A DNA stretch of 64,000 bases from Eledone cirrhosa (lineage: Eukaryota). How positions within the stretch are numbered: position 1 is the first letter of the stretch; each line of letters starts with the position of its first letter. Location: positions 341,062,001-341,126,000 of the forward strand of contig OZ024740.1 of NCBI GenBank assembly GCA_964016885.1. Direction: 5' to 3'. The notes below the pieces were generated by a model that saw nothing but the letters and a program-made list of their open reading frames with translations, ran no database searches and was not told the DNA's origin. A program made the position numbers and the translations under genes. This document shows positions 23,407 through 36,299 of the stretch, in pieces.

Positions 23407-24595
23407 CTAGCAGATTTACCCGGCGTTGCTCGGGGTTTGAAATTATGCTAAGAATATACAGCTAGGAAGTAAAAGAAGAACATTATTTGTCCCCAACCTG
23501 TCAAAATAAGCAGAAGTCTTCAATAATTAATGCAAACGAATATTTAGTGCAATCTTTGTACACATAAAACTATGCTGATAATGAAGGAAAACACTGAAGA
23601 GGATATAGTTATACAAATGATTAAAGACAATACACGTTGCAAATCTGTAAAAAAACAGGCAGTTTTGCTAAAGTACAAAAAGTTGTAATGAAAGCAGAGT
23701 TGTATACAAACAAAAAAACAATGAGAGTAGAATAAGAGAAAATCTATTCTTTGAGAGCATCCTTTGCTGTGTATGGTTAAATTTTTAACTTATAATCCAA
23801 AATATCCTGCATGACATATTCATTGGTATGTTTTGTAATGAGTAAGGTGAAGTCAAAGCAGAGATGTAATAAGTTTTTTTGTTAACACTAAAGCACTTCA
23901 GGATAGACGATATTCTTTGTTTTTCTTTTCGGAACAAACGCAAAGAGATTATCTCGACTGCCAACTCGTGAGCAGGCAACGTAGAATTGTCCGTGCGAAA
24001 AGCAAGGTTCATCCAAGTAAATTCCAGTGACGGACAGAGTTTGACCTTGCGACTTGTTTATGGACATCGCAAAGGCAACACGAAGGGGAAATGTGTTCGG
24101 TGAAAGAAGGGAGTATCCACGCCTGATGTAGTCAGGCTAATTTTTGTTATTATCACATCCTCGCCTTTTCCACATTCGGATAGAATGGTGGCGTCAATAC
24201 TAAGTGGAGACAGTTTTTTAACCACAAGGCGTGTACCATTGCATAGTTTTGGAGGAGTGATATTTCTCAGCAAAATAACTGGTGTTCCCTCTTTCAGAAC
24301 CAATGTATTAGGAAGTAAACCAATTTCTGAAAAGTTGTTTATCTCCCTTTTTTATAAGGATTGTCAATAAAGTTTGTTATCTCCCTTACATCAATTTTTC
24401 TACCGATAATTTTGATATCGATTTTTTATTGCTCAACGTGGGTCGATTTGAAAAATATTTGTGATGTGACAATCTTAGCGACCTGTGCAACGTGCACAGA
24501 AAATTTGGTCAAATTCAGTTGGTAATTGTGAAAGCCTTATGCATGAAAAGTTGTACACAGATACACACACATCCTCACTTTTATATATATAAAGA
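23407..24595 (-). mobile_element. Non-autonomous Helitron carrying a PIF1-like helicase remnant
   Basis: Minus strand starts A|TCTTTATATATATAAAAG and ends with hairpin CCCGAGCAACGCCGGG followed by CTAG|T. That gives 5' TC, 3' CTRR and an AT target with no TSD. Confidence 0.85.
23960..24320 (-). pseudogene. PIF1/RepHel helicase C-terminal fragment (frameshifted)
   Basis: LKEGTPVILLRNITPPKLCNGTRLVV..., then after a frameshift FPLRVAFAMSINKSQGQTL...CFSHGQFYVACSRV. Confidence 0.85.
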
Positions 24596-24764
24596 TGTCA
24601 AAATATAAGACAGGGTGGTCTCAGCTGAAACATCTTTGATAATAAGCCTGCTAAATTAAGATTGACTGGGGTTAAACAATAGCAACAACAACAACATTTT
24701 CATCTGTACTAGGTTGATTATGCACTGCTTCTTATCTATAAAGTATGAAATTGAAATATAACAC

Positions 24765-25200
24765 AGGGCATTTGTACATGGTCTACAAAGCAAAAGTACA
24801 CCTTTTGGCAGTACTCCCACGATTTCTCAAAAATCTACCACAGTGTGAATATTTGGTCGGCTGTGTTGCATCTGAGGTGAAAACCACGCTGTTCATCAGC
24901 TAGCTTGAACTCGACAATATCTCTACATCTCATTACCAGATACTTTACTGGGGAGGCTTAACAAGATCCCTCTATAATTGGAACAATCCCTCTTGTCACC
25001 ATTTTTGAAAACTGGGATTATCACTCCTGGTTGCCATTACTTAGGTGCCTTTCCAGAGATTCAGGTTACCTGGCACTGATGAGTCAGCCAGAGAATACCT
25101 TCTCTATTTAAAGCTATTAACATCTTGGACTGCCGGATCAGTTGGAGATGGTTGCTTTTGACAGGACCTGTTGGAAGTAGTGTCTGAGGACTCAACTCCC
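24765..25200 (-). mobile_element. Degenerate RTE (Rex3/Expander-like) RT fragment
   Basis: Minus-strand pieces WQPGVIIPVFKNGDKRDCSNYRGI, EQRGF, TADQIFTL and FCFVD, with stops and frameshifts. Confidence 0.7.
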
Positions 25201-25509
25201 GTGTCCCTCTCAGGAACAAGTGGGCGAAGAAAACCTGATATACTTTAGGGCCTAGACAATGTTAGATGCTTCCACTGTGATAACTGAGCTTTAGTTATCT
25301 CCAGTTATCATGGTAGTCAGGAACTCAGGATCCTTGTTGGTAGTATTGAGTGAAATGAAAATGCAATGGGTAAGTAGTACTGCACTTCACATGCTGTAGT
25401 ACTTACAGGCAGTGGTAGATGGATGCTAGTGAGCTTGCCAAAAATCATGCATTTTCATGAATGCAACCAGCTGCACTCTGCACATTTTTCTCTTCCTAAC
25501 AACATTGTG

Positions 25510-25760
25510 GAGGTGTGTGACCTGGTGGTAAGGGTGTTGGACTTACGATAATAATGGCATAGGCTTGATTCCCGGGCTGGATTGTGTGTTGTGTTTTTGA
25601 TGCAAACCACTTCATTTCAAGTTGCTCCAGTATACTCAGCTGAAAATGAGAACAAGCAATAGCTGGCGTCCTGTCCAGGGGGAAGTCGTCTTCTCTCAGT
25701 CGCTTCATGCCACAAAACTGGGGTAAGTACCGTTCTAACGAGCCTTCTGGCTTAAGATAG
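25510..25760 (+). mobile_element. Diverged tRNA-derived SINE (CORE-like)
   Basis: tgacctggtggtaagggtgttggac...ttgattcccgg...gcaaaccacttcatttc...ctcagctgaaaatgag. Confidence 0.5.
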
Positions 25761-26378
25761 ACTTTAGAACATCAATAGGACAATAAGTTGCTTATGGGGA
25801 CCTTCTGGGATGAGGAACTCTGTTGCTTAAACTTCTATTAGTTTAAGCATAGTAAACCGACCACTGAATATATGCTAGTACTAACAGTAAATTTCCTAGC
25901 ACAACTCTCTGTTGTTGAAATTGCTAAGATTACTTCCCAACATAACCTTTTTTCTCATTAACAATTGAAAAAATAAGTTGTGTTAATGAGAAGCAGGAAG
26001 TTTTTTTTCTCCAAAGATGAAGCATTTTATTAACTCTTCTGCTCTTCTGAATCAAACTGAGATAATTCCAACAAAACATCAATGAAATTAAATTATTTTT
26101 TGCTGTGTCTTCTTTTCTATTTATTACCTGGCTTTGTTTCTTGCTCTAATAAAAGTTTCTCTAGCATCTCTCCATCCCACCCACCACAATGCTTTGATAA
26201 TATAAAGCACTACTACCATCAACAACAACAGCAATGGCACTGACATCAGAAACAACAACAATAGCGACATCAGCAGCAAAAACAATTACAACAACAACAA
26301 CATCAACAACAGCAGTAGCAGTACTCTCAATATATTGTTAGTGATTATCAAGTGAATGGCTGTTGGTGACAGACTTAC

Positions 26379-26399
26379 TCTTCTTTTGTACAATTCCTT
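26379..26399 (-). CDS. Candidate 21-nt micro-exon of an unidentified host gene (KELYKRR in phase 0)
   Basis: Minus strand: CTAAT branch site, pyrimidine tract ccctctcccacctctgtc, then ccAG|AAGGAATTGTACAAAAGAAGA|GTAAGT. Length is a multiple of 3 and there is no stop in any frame. Confidence 0.35.
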
Positions 26400-26499
26400 C
26401 TGGAGTTTGACAGAGGTGGGAGAGGGCTGTGATTAGTTGTGCAAGTGTGTTTGTGTATATACAGTATATATATCTATATCTACATGTGTGTGCATGCAC

Positions 26500-26518
26500 A
26501 TTTGTATGTATGTGCATA

Positions 26519-26563
<45 letters not shown>

Positions 26564-26593
26564 ATGAGGATATATATATGTGTGTGTATCAAT

Positions 26594-26624
<31 letters not shown>

Positions 26625-26630
26625 ATCAAT

Positions 26631-26711
<81 letters not shown>

Positions 26712-26762
26712 ATCAATTATATATATATATATATATATATATACAATTTCTATACTTTTCAT

Positions 26763-26796
<34 letters not shown>

Positions 26797-26799
26797 ATC

Positions 26800-26881
<82 letters not shown>
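26500..26881. repeat. Compound (TA)n/(TG)n repeat with recurring tgtgtatcaatt spacer
   Basis: gtgtatcaattatatata recurs about four times. Confidence 0.9.
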
Positions 26882-26883
<2 letters not shown>

Positions 26884-27025
26884 ATAATAGGCTGCCCGTT
26901 GCAAATGGTGGGGCATGTGAAAAAGTAGGTCCTTCATCAGTGACCCTCCAACCGTCCTAGGCATTTCATCGCTTTAAGGGCCATATGCCTCAGGTTGGTG
27001 CGAACAACGGCTAAAAAAAGGGGAC

Positions 27026-27056
<31 letters not shown>

Positions 27057-28940
27057 TATACATATATAACAGTATTTAAATGTATTGCAACTTAGTTGGG
27101 AGGGTCTATGGATGGATGCTTCTGGATTATGCAAGTGTATGGATGTATTTCTGACAGCAGTGGGCGTATGGGTGCAGGAGGTGGGTGTCACTGCAGATAG
27201 TTCAGCTGCACTACATCCTCTACCTTTCCTTCTACACCAATTGTTTCTCTTTCCCTCTTTGTGTTTATATATATATACATATATCACCATATACACACAC
27301 ATATATGCATATATATATATATATGTGTGGATGTGATGCCTGTATATATGAACATATATATGTGTGTGTGTGTGTGTGTACATATACACATACATGCCAC
27401 TATGTAAGTCTTTATATATAAGTGCATGTATTTATGTGTATACAAATATATACCTGTGTATATATATCTATATATATATATATATTCACATACAAATGCA
27501 TACACATTTATAATCATCATCATTATCATCATCAAGAACATGTCTATGTGCATTGTGCACACACACACACATATATATATGCATGTCTGTACAGGGATAT
27601 ATGTATTTTTCTATATGTATATTATATGCAAGAATAGGGGAACATATATGAATATATACCTGTTGCATTAAAGTTTTCCATTTGACACATACAATTTTGT
27701 TACCAGATTCACATACCTAGATATACATGCATTAAAAAACAGTTATAAGCAGTCATTCATATATACATAAATTATATAAACATGCTTTCACATTTACACA
27801 TAAGCCAGGTCGGATAACTGTGTTTTGCTCATACAAAATGACTTCTTACGAATGAAACAGTTCTAGTCCTATAGAGGTAATTTCTATAATAAAATAAATA
27901 TGCCTACACTTTATTAACATATTGAGTACCTTTTTTAACTGTTATCACCTCAATACATCAGGAATCCACATATGTGTGTGTGTGTGTGTATGTGTATATA
28001 TATATGATGAAGAATCATGACGACTGGAGAAATGTTGGAACCGTCCAACCCATGCATGGAAAAATGGACGTTAAAACAACTATGATGATGATATATATAT
28101 AGATAGATCCCCACTCCATTGACTATCTAAATGTAAATTTTAGATCTAACACATATAGCTATCTGTCTGTTTATGTGTCAACCTATATTAGATGTATTTA
28201 TGTCTTCAAAAGCAAACTATTATACATTAAACTATCTCTATGGTTTCATTCAACCCATTTTTATATTCTTCCACTATTTGCCTGACATTCTGTGTCAAAA
28301 TAAATTATGATTCCTTCTTTTTGTCTGTACCATTAATAACAAATTAAGAAAGTAATTGGAAGACTGATTCCCCAAAGATGCCATATCTCTACCATTTTCT
28401 TTCTCGTTGGTACCTCCAAGCAGCACTTGCAACATTTAAAAAAATATAAAATAAAGCCCCCCAAAAAAAGATTTGTTCTCATGAAATTCTCTAAAAGATT
28501 TCATTTATATAAAAAAAATACAATTTTAGAATTTCCCAAAAGTATAGTTCTATTACCAAACTGCTGGTTCACTGAATCTATTCTCTTTCTCTCACTTTCT
28601 TTTTTTTATAAATTGATTAGCAGAAACAAATAATTTAGACTTGCTCTCAAAATTGTCTTATTAATTCATTAATTCATTTTTATTCTAATACATTAGACTA
28701 AGTGTAAATTTCAAGGTAAACATAACAAAATAGCTAAAAGAATGTGGAACATAGTCTGGCCAATCTTAGAGCAGTTGTATCTGTTTGACTCACAGAAGGA
28801 TTCCCTGCTGGATTCTAAATTGTAAATTGTGGGTATGTTAAGATCTCTAGTGAGTCGCTCTGCTGTTGAAGCATCAAGCCTTATACTTGATTTTACATGA
28901 TCAAATGTATCTATCAATAGGTGAGCAGTTCTATGGTAAT

Positions 28941-29169
28941 TTAACCCTTTAACATTTAAACTGACCATATCCAGCCAGAATTCTCTCACCTCTTTCTGTT
29001 CAAATCAGCCGTAACAGGCCACTCATACTGATGTTAAGGTATTGTTCTCAAAATATATAATAACAAAATCTCATAGATTCGATATTATGTGAGATAATTA
29101 TATGAGATAAAGCTTTTACTGTGAAAATATCATAGTAAATATAGAATAATGTAAATGGTAAAGGGTTAA
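28941..29169 (-). mobile_element. piggyBac-type MITE, family A (opposite orientation)
   Basis: TTAACCCTTTAACATTTAAA ... TAAATGGTAAAGGGTTAA. Confidence 0.85.
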
Positions 29170-29236
29170 ACAATATGTTACTATCTTTCTAATGTAAGTC
29201 ACTGCCCATGATTTTCAAGTACCATATATACTCATG

Positions 29237-29269
<33 letters not shown>

Positions 29270-29499
29270 CTGTTTAACATCCATTTTCCACACTAACATG
29301 TGTAAGCCAACAAATATGTGGCAAAAAATAGATGACACAGTAGAGTATGGTAGTGCTGGCTGTCAGGTAGACTTATATTTGGGGTTAAGATTTTGCTGAT
29401 TTTCACTAACTTCAAAATCAATGTAAAAGATTAAGTGATACATACAGATGCTTCCAATAATTTCCATGAGTGAAAATGACAGTATTTTAAAAACTTTTC

Positions 29500-29706
29500 T
29501 ACTATAGGCATAAGGCCAACAATTTTAGGAGAGAGGAAAGTCAATTACATTGACCCCAGTGCATTACTGGTGCTTTATTTTATCAAACCCGTGAGGATGA
29601 AAGGCAAAGTTAACCTCAACGGGATTTGAACATAGAATATGAAGGGCCGTAACTCTATGATGAAAAGCAAGTTATCTGACGCTCTGCTGATACTGCCAAT
29701 CCACCA
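29500..29706 (-). mobile_element. tRNA-derived SINE with Meta-domain-like core
   Basis: Reverse complement of the 16492 family (ccccagtgcattactggtgctttattttatc...gggatttgaac...tactgccaatccacc). Confidence 0.75.
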
Positions 29707-30003
29707 AATCAGAATGCACCCATTTGGAAAATATATCTGCAAAATATGCAATTTTATGGAAGTTGCAAAGAAACAAATTGAGACAAGGGCAATACTCTGT
29801 AGTTATGTACATATATGGAACTTGTCCATTAAAACACTGTTACGATAAATATAAAAATTTACATACTTTTATAAATATACTGAAATATTGATACACACAC
29901 ACACTGACACATAAATATATAATCATACATAGACAATGACACACATAAACTTAAGACCCCGTAAACTTAAATAGAATATATTTGAATGATTACAGCTACA
30001 TCT

Positions 30004-30255
30004 ATGCTCCTGAGGATATGTAGAGCAGCGGACCGGTCCCCAGTATATCTACTGAGGTACAGCCTGCCATCCTACATTGAAACGTTCAGAGAGTAAAATA
30101 ATGTTGAAATCTTAACTGGTTATCCATTGTTATATATATATATATATATATATATATCTGGCCAGCATTGAAACGTATGTAGAGTCATTACAAAATGACA
30201 TTGAAATGTATGTAGAGTCAAATTATGTTATAAGTTTAAATTGGTTATTCACTCT
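30004..30255 (+). ncRNA. Degenerate hammerhead with long stem II plus two repeated 3' halves (Penelope-like remnant)
   Basis: TGCTC-CTGAGGA-T-ATGTAG...CTACAT-T-GAAAC-GTTCAGA-GAGTA. The 3' half repeats as cattGAAACGTATGTAgagtc (30166) and cattgaaatgtatgtagagtc (30199). Confidence 0.55.
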
Positions 30256-31139
30256 TAATTTTAATATGATACTGTAACAAACTATGTATTCTTACATTCT
30301 ATACAGATTGTCTCTTGTTAAAGTTTGATATGTCCTATTATACATTTATATCAAGATATTTATGTATGTATATATGTCATTCACTATTTTGTAATGATTA
30401 AATACTCGGATTTATATTTGAGCTTATTTTGGGAAACAAGACACATGTTCGAGATTATCTCAAACATAACTTTGAATATATATATATATATTTTATCCAT
30501 ACATGCATTTCATTCAATTTGTATATTAAATTTAAAAAAAACCTGTTGTATTCAGATGGTGCTAATTTTAACTGTTGAAATTAACTAATTTTAACTGTTG
30601 AAACAAAAATTCGAGAAACTTGTTGAAACTTTAGAAAACAGATGAAATGGTAAAAAAAATCATTATGTAATCATTATCATGGTTTTTGAAGTTGTGAAAC
30701 AAAAACTACACTCTAAATGACACTTAAACATATTTGATCCACCAAAATATTAACGCTTCATAAAAATATTTTCTATGCTTAGAAATTTACAAAATTGCAC
30801 CATCTAAACATAATGTGTTAATTAGCTTACCTTGCCTTATACAAGAACTTTGGGTTTTTTAGCATTTCTCAGACATAAAATAGTGTGGTCAGCTTATACA
30901 TTAGTATATCCAGAGATTTCGAAAATAATCAAAAATTTGTTGGCATTTAGTAATAGAACTAACTTGTTCATTTTAGAGCTGGTGTTTGAAACACAGTTTA
31001 ACCATTTTGATATGAAACTAACCTTGGTTCTATGAATCATCATTTCATCATCATTGTTTTTACATCAACTTTTCCATGTTGGCCCCTATTTTTTGAGGCA
31101 ATGTTTTATAGCCAAATGCCCTAACTCAATACATTGTCA

Positions 31140-31272
31140 TTGTTGGAAAGATGGTTAATAATCTTGTGGGTGTCTACCAAGTCAGTTTCCAGATGTCGAA
31201 GCTTTAATGTAGCCATGCCCAGAGAAGCAAGGCGTTCAGAGTATGGTAGATGCCTAATGGATGGTATTTGTT
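31140..31272 (-). mobile_element. CR1-like LINE internal fragment
   Basis: Reverse complement of the IPSIRHLPYSERLASLGM region. Confidence 0.75.
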
Positions 31273-31389
31273 TGAATTTGAGACCTAGCTTGGGTTGCTG
31301 ATATAGGGATTAATATAATGACTGGTGGCAATTAATCAACTTTAGTTTCTTCTCATCCTCTACCACAAAACATTTAACTATTTCTAACC

Positions 31390-33278
31390 ATGTCTGAGTT
31401 ATCCATATGTATCCAGTTTAAAATAGGTACACCATCTCTAACATCAAATTCCATAACAACTATGGAATTTACACCTGCAATGTTGCGACGTCACCTTAAG
31501 AATAAGCGCAACTATGCCTCCCCTGGTCTTGATGGGGTGACATACCTGCTTCTCAAACGTGGCGGGTATTTCCTTTTGCGCCAACTTTCTTTCTTCTTTC
31601 AATACTGTCTCAACAATGGTGCTACTCCGGAGCAGTGAAAAACTGCCAGTGTCATTCCCCTGTTCAAAAAGGGCAACCGCATGTCACCTGTCAACTATCG
31701 TCCAGTCAGTCTTACTAGCTGTATGGCCAAACTGATGGAATCCTGTGTCAGAGAAACACTTTGGAACTTCTGGAGCTCTCACAGCCTCATCCGGTCCTCA
31801 CAGTTTGGATTTATCCCTAACTCCAGCTGCTGTGATCAGCTTATCGAGTTCCTTGAGGACATCACCCGGATCACTGACAGCGGCTCATGGGTGAATGTTG
31901 TTTACCTTGACTTTGCTAAGGCTTTTAATTCTGTGCCACACAAAAAATTTATGGCAAAACTCTCTGCAATGGGTGTGAGGGATGATCTTTTCGACTGGTT
32001 GAAATCCTTCATTCTCAGCCGAAAAGAAGTAGTCACAGTTCTAGGACAGCATTCTTCACCATATGAGATGTCATCTGGTGTACCACAGTGATCTGTTCTT
32101 GGTCCCCTTTTGTTTGTGGCATATATTAATGACATAGATGCCAACTTACAGAATGCCACGGTACTGAAATATGCAGATGACATCAAGCTGTACCTTGAAA
32201 TCAAAAGGACTGATCCTGAAATTTACAACTCTTTCCTACAATCAGACCTGGACACAATGCAGCAATGGATCACAGACTGGCAACTGAAGCTGGCTGTGGA
32301 CAAGTGTACCACCATGTATTTTGGAAGGAAAAATCCAGCGTCCACATACTCCCTCCACAACACTGATATCAAGAAGTCCTCTTGTGAACGTGACCTGGGC
32401 ATTACTGTCAGCAGCGATTTGCGTTGGACAAAGCATGTCTCTAAGATTGTCAAGAAGGCCGAGGGTGTCTTGGCATCACTCAGCAAGACCTTTGTTAGCC
32501 GCTCTCCAGCCATCTATTTAAAACTGTATACAGCTATGGTATGACCACACTTGGAATTCACATCATCAGTCTGGAACCCCTATCTTGCTCAGAACATTGA
32601 CCTCCTGGAAACTGTTCAGAGACGTACAACCAAGCACATACCCTCCATCAGACACCTACCATACTCTGAACGCCTTGCTTCCCTGGGCATGGATTCATTG
32701 AAGCTCTGACGTCTGGCAATGGACTTGGTGAATTCCCACAAAGTTATTAACCATCTTGCCAATTGCAACCCTGAGCACCTTTTTGATCTCCATGTGTCTA
32801 ACACACGTGGACATGCCTACAAAATCAGAAAACAGCACAGCTCCCATGACTTTCGTAGACATTTTTTCATGCTCAGAGTTGCTGAAGCATGGAACAAACT
32901 GCCTGTGTCAGTTGTTAGCTGCCGAGACACTGCATCCTTTAAGACACTCATGCTTCCCGAAATACGCCAAAACTACACCTGATGTACCCCTTCCATACAC
33001 ATGCACACGTGTGTATCATGACTCATGCACTGTTCATTTTACTGATGTTTGTGCATTGCCCAATGTACTGTACATGCACTTTTTGATGAGTTGTGGTGCA
33101 CCTGGGCACTGTACACAATATTTCATTATTATTACTGTTGTTGTTATTATATCATGACTCATACACTGTTCATTTTCCTGACATTTGTACATTATTCTAT
33201 GTACTATACATGCACCTTTGATGAGTTGTAGTGCACCTGAGCACTGTACACAATAATTTCATTATTATTATTATTATT
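31390..33278 (+). mobile_element. CR1/Jockey-group LINE, 5'-truncated, RT region with four in-frame stops and a duplicated 3' end
   Basis: SPGLDG, NYRPVSLTSCMAKLME, QFGF, YLDFAKAF, SGVPQ*SVLGP, KYADD, WNKLP. TGA at 31636, 32089, 32542 and 32707 in one frame; 3' terminus repeated at 33150-33278. Confidence 0.93.
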
Positions 33279-34094
33279 TATATCACATCTCAGCATGTCA
33301 TAAGTGTCAACTAAAGTGGTTGGTACTAGAAAGGGCATCTAGCAATAAAACATTGCCTGAAAAAAGACCCATAAAGGGTCTGTATGGCTAACCCCATCTT
33401 TAGAGGAGAAAATAGCTATAAAACACTTGCTGTGATGACCATGTCTAAGACTTCAAATAAAAAAACAATAAAACGCTTTCTGCTGGACAATTTTATTAAC
33501 ACTAGCATAGAAGCTACATCTATGATTCATCTCAGAAACATAAATTTCTCATCCCATCTCTGCTTCCCATGCAAATATTCTTATATTTCAAATACTCTTA
33601 CATTGCTAAATGAGGTAATGAGGTATTAATTATGACATTAATTCAACTCCCACTACCACCCACCTAGATAGAATAATTGCCAGCTACCTTCTCATTCAAT
33701 CTACTCCCACTACCACCCACCAAGATATACCACCCACCAAGATATACTCACATTCAATCTCATTCTCCAATATCTCTAAAGTTATCTGATGTCTATAATG
33801 TTCTACAAATTTCTCCAGTCACCATCAGTTGTTCAAATATATTTCATTCCTCACTGAGAACATCTATGAACATCTATCTCGCTTTCTGAACATGCCATTT
33901 TCCAATATACAGGAAACTTGGAATTACATTATCCAATGTGTCCATTTCTAAAATGGTATGGTATTTGAAGAAAATTTGGCTGCTACTTCTGGCAAATAAA
34001 GCTAGTACATGACTCACACATTTGCTCATCTTTCTGAAGTTATCATCTTTAATGATTTTAATATATACAATTGCTCTTGACTCTCTCACTTCTA

Positions 34095-34460
34095 ATAACA
34101 GGTACAGAGATCATGTGCAGATACTCTCATTCACAGATGCTGAGATCATGTGCAGATACTCATTCACAGGTGCAGGGATTAGGTACAGATACTCTCATTC
34201 ACAGATGCAGGGATTAGGTACAGATACTCTCATTCACAGATGCTGAGGTCATGTGCAGATACTCTCATTCACAGGCACAGAGATCAGATGGAGATATTCT
34301 CATTCACAGGTAGAGATCACATGTAGATCCTCTCATTTACAGGTACAGAGATCAGATGGAGATCCTCTCATTCACAGGTGCAGGGATTAGGTACAGATCC
34401 TCTCATTCACAGGTGCAGGGATTAGGTACAGATACTCTCATTCACAGGCACAGAGATCAA
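34095..34460. repeat. ~35-bp minisatellite, ~10 units
   Basis: agatactctcattcacag(a/g)tgc(tgagatcatgtgc/agggattaggtac). Confidence 0.9.
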
Positions 34461-34815
34461 ATTATTTGTGATTCCGAAGTCTATACTAGTTATTCTCCAT
34501 ACCACATACCTATATTCCAAACTGACACACAAGCTCCCCATACTCCTTACTTCTTTATTTAAATATTATCATCTCTATCTCTACTTCTGACAATTTTGCA
34601 GAGAACTGTCTAATCTAAGGCCCCACATCACATCACCTTACACCACCACAGCTGCCTATGTCCCCACACTCTTCCTTTTGTACATTAACAATCTTTCACT
34701 TCTACTCATATACATTCTTATTAACCTGGGACTTACAAGGAACATCAACATGCAGCCTAGACACCTCATTCCAGACCTACACTGCTTCTTTGAACAGAGA
34801 TCTCTCAAAAACATC

Positions 34816-35981
34816 TTCTGTGCCACACAAAAGGCTTATGGCAAAACTCTCTGCAATGGGTGTGAAGGATGATCTTTTTAACTGGTTGAAGTCCTTCATT
34901 CTCAGTCAAAGAGAGGTAGTCACGGTTCTGGGACAGAATTCCTCACCATATGAGATGTCATCTGGTGTACCACAGGGATCTGTTCTTGGCCCCCTTTTGT
35001 TTGTGGCATATATTAATGACATAGATGCCAACTTAAGGAATGCCACAGTACTAAAGTACACAGACGACATCAAGCTGTACTTTGAGATAAAAAGGACAGA
35101 TCCTGAACACTATAGATCTTGCTTGCAGTCTGACCTGGACACAATGCAACAGTGGATCTCAGACTGGCAACTCAAGCTAGCTGTGGACAAGTGCACCACC
35201 ATGCATTTTGGGAGTAAAAACCCAGCGTCCACATACTCCCTCCACAGCACTAATATCAAGAAGTCTTCCTGTGAACGTGACCTGGGCATTACGGTCAGCA
35301 GCGATTTGCATTGGACGAGGCACGTCTCTAAAATTGTCAAGAGGGCCGAGGGTGTCTTAGCATCACTCAGCAAGACCTTTGTCAGCCGCTCTCCAGATAT
35401 CTATTTAAGGCTGTATACAGCTATGGTGCGACCACACTTAGAATTTGCATCACCAGTCTGGAACCCCTATCTTGCTCAGGACATTGACCGCCTGGAAACT
35501 GTTCAGAGACGTGCAACCAAGCGAATACCCTCCATCAAGCATCTACCATACTCTGAGCGCCTTGCTTCCCTGGGCATGGATTCATTGAAGCTCCGACGCC
35601 TGGCAACTGACTTGGTGAACACCCACAAAATTGTTAACCATGTTGCCAACAACAACCCTGAGTACCTTTTCGATTTCCATGTGTCTAACACACGTGGCCA
35701 TGCCCACAAAGTCAGAAAACAGCACAGTTCCCATGACTTTCGGAAACATTTTTTCACGCTCAGAGTTGCTGAAGCATGGAACAAACTACCTGCATCAGTT
35801 GTTAGCTGTCGAGACACTGCATCCTTTAAGGCCTCCATCCTTCCCGAGATCCGCCAACAGAACAGCTAACACATACACACATGTACTTCTCTGACATTTG
35901 TGTATTATTCTATGTACTATATTGACGAGTTGTAGTGCACCTGAGCACTTTACACAATAATTTCATTATTATTATTATTAT
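34816..35981 (+). mobile_element. CR1/Jockey-group LINE, 5'-truncated, open RT C-terminal frame
   Basis: SVPHKRL...SGVPQGSVLGPLLF...KYTDD...RPHLEFASPVWNPY...WNKLP with an (ATT)n tail; same family as 31390-33278. The N-terminal ~53 aa of ORF 34658 is flanking DNA. Confidence 0.93.
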
Positions 35982-36299
35982 AAATGTGGAGTCACCCTTT
36001 TTACCCATATACAACACAAACTAAAGACCTCATGATATTTGATGATTTCTCTCATGGAGGGCCCCAGAATTAACATTCACAAAACTAAGTATCTACTTTA
36101 TCCTTCATCAGTTGTTGATCCTCTGCAAAGTTAAGAGTGACCCACACTACAGTACTGTTCACATATCTGGGACTGTGCAGCTGTTACTACACATACAAAA
36201 CAATCTAGACCTTGCTCTGAGTAAACTATTCAATTAACTGATAAAAATTCAGTTACCAACATTACAACCACTGACCCAGAGGAATATTATTTGCTCAAG

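Noticed and set aside
24058-24303. Host PIF1 helicase gene
   Set aside because: It is a frameshifted fragment inside Helitron termini.
26925-26945. CTGATGAAGG on the minus strand as a hammerhead
   Set aside because: No stem II closure or downstream GAAA. The same applies to the CTGATGAAG hits at ~21090 and ~52725.
26338-27671. YI/CV/HT-rich ORFs
   Set aside because: Dinucleotide microsatellite artefacts.
34658-34815. N-terminus of the 403-aa ORF as a novel fusion gene
   Set aside because: Homology to the sister CR1 copy begins at ~34816. The upstream open frame is most simply chance read-in from flanking DNA, and YADD is mutated to YTDD.
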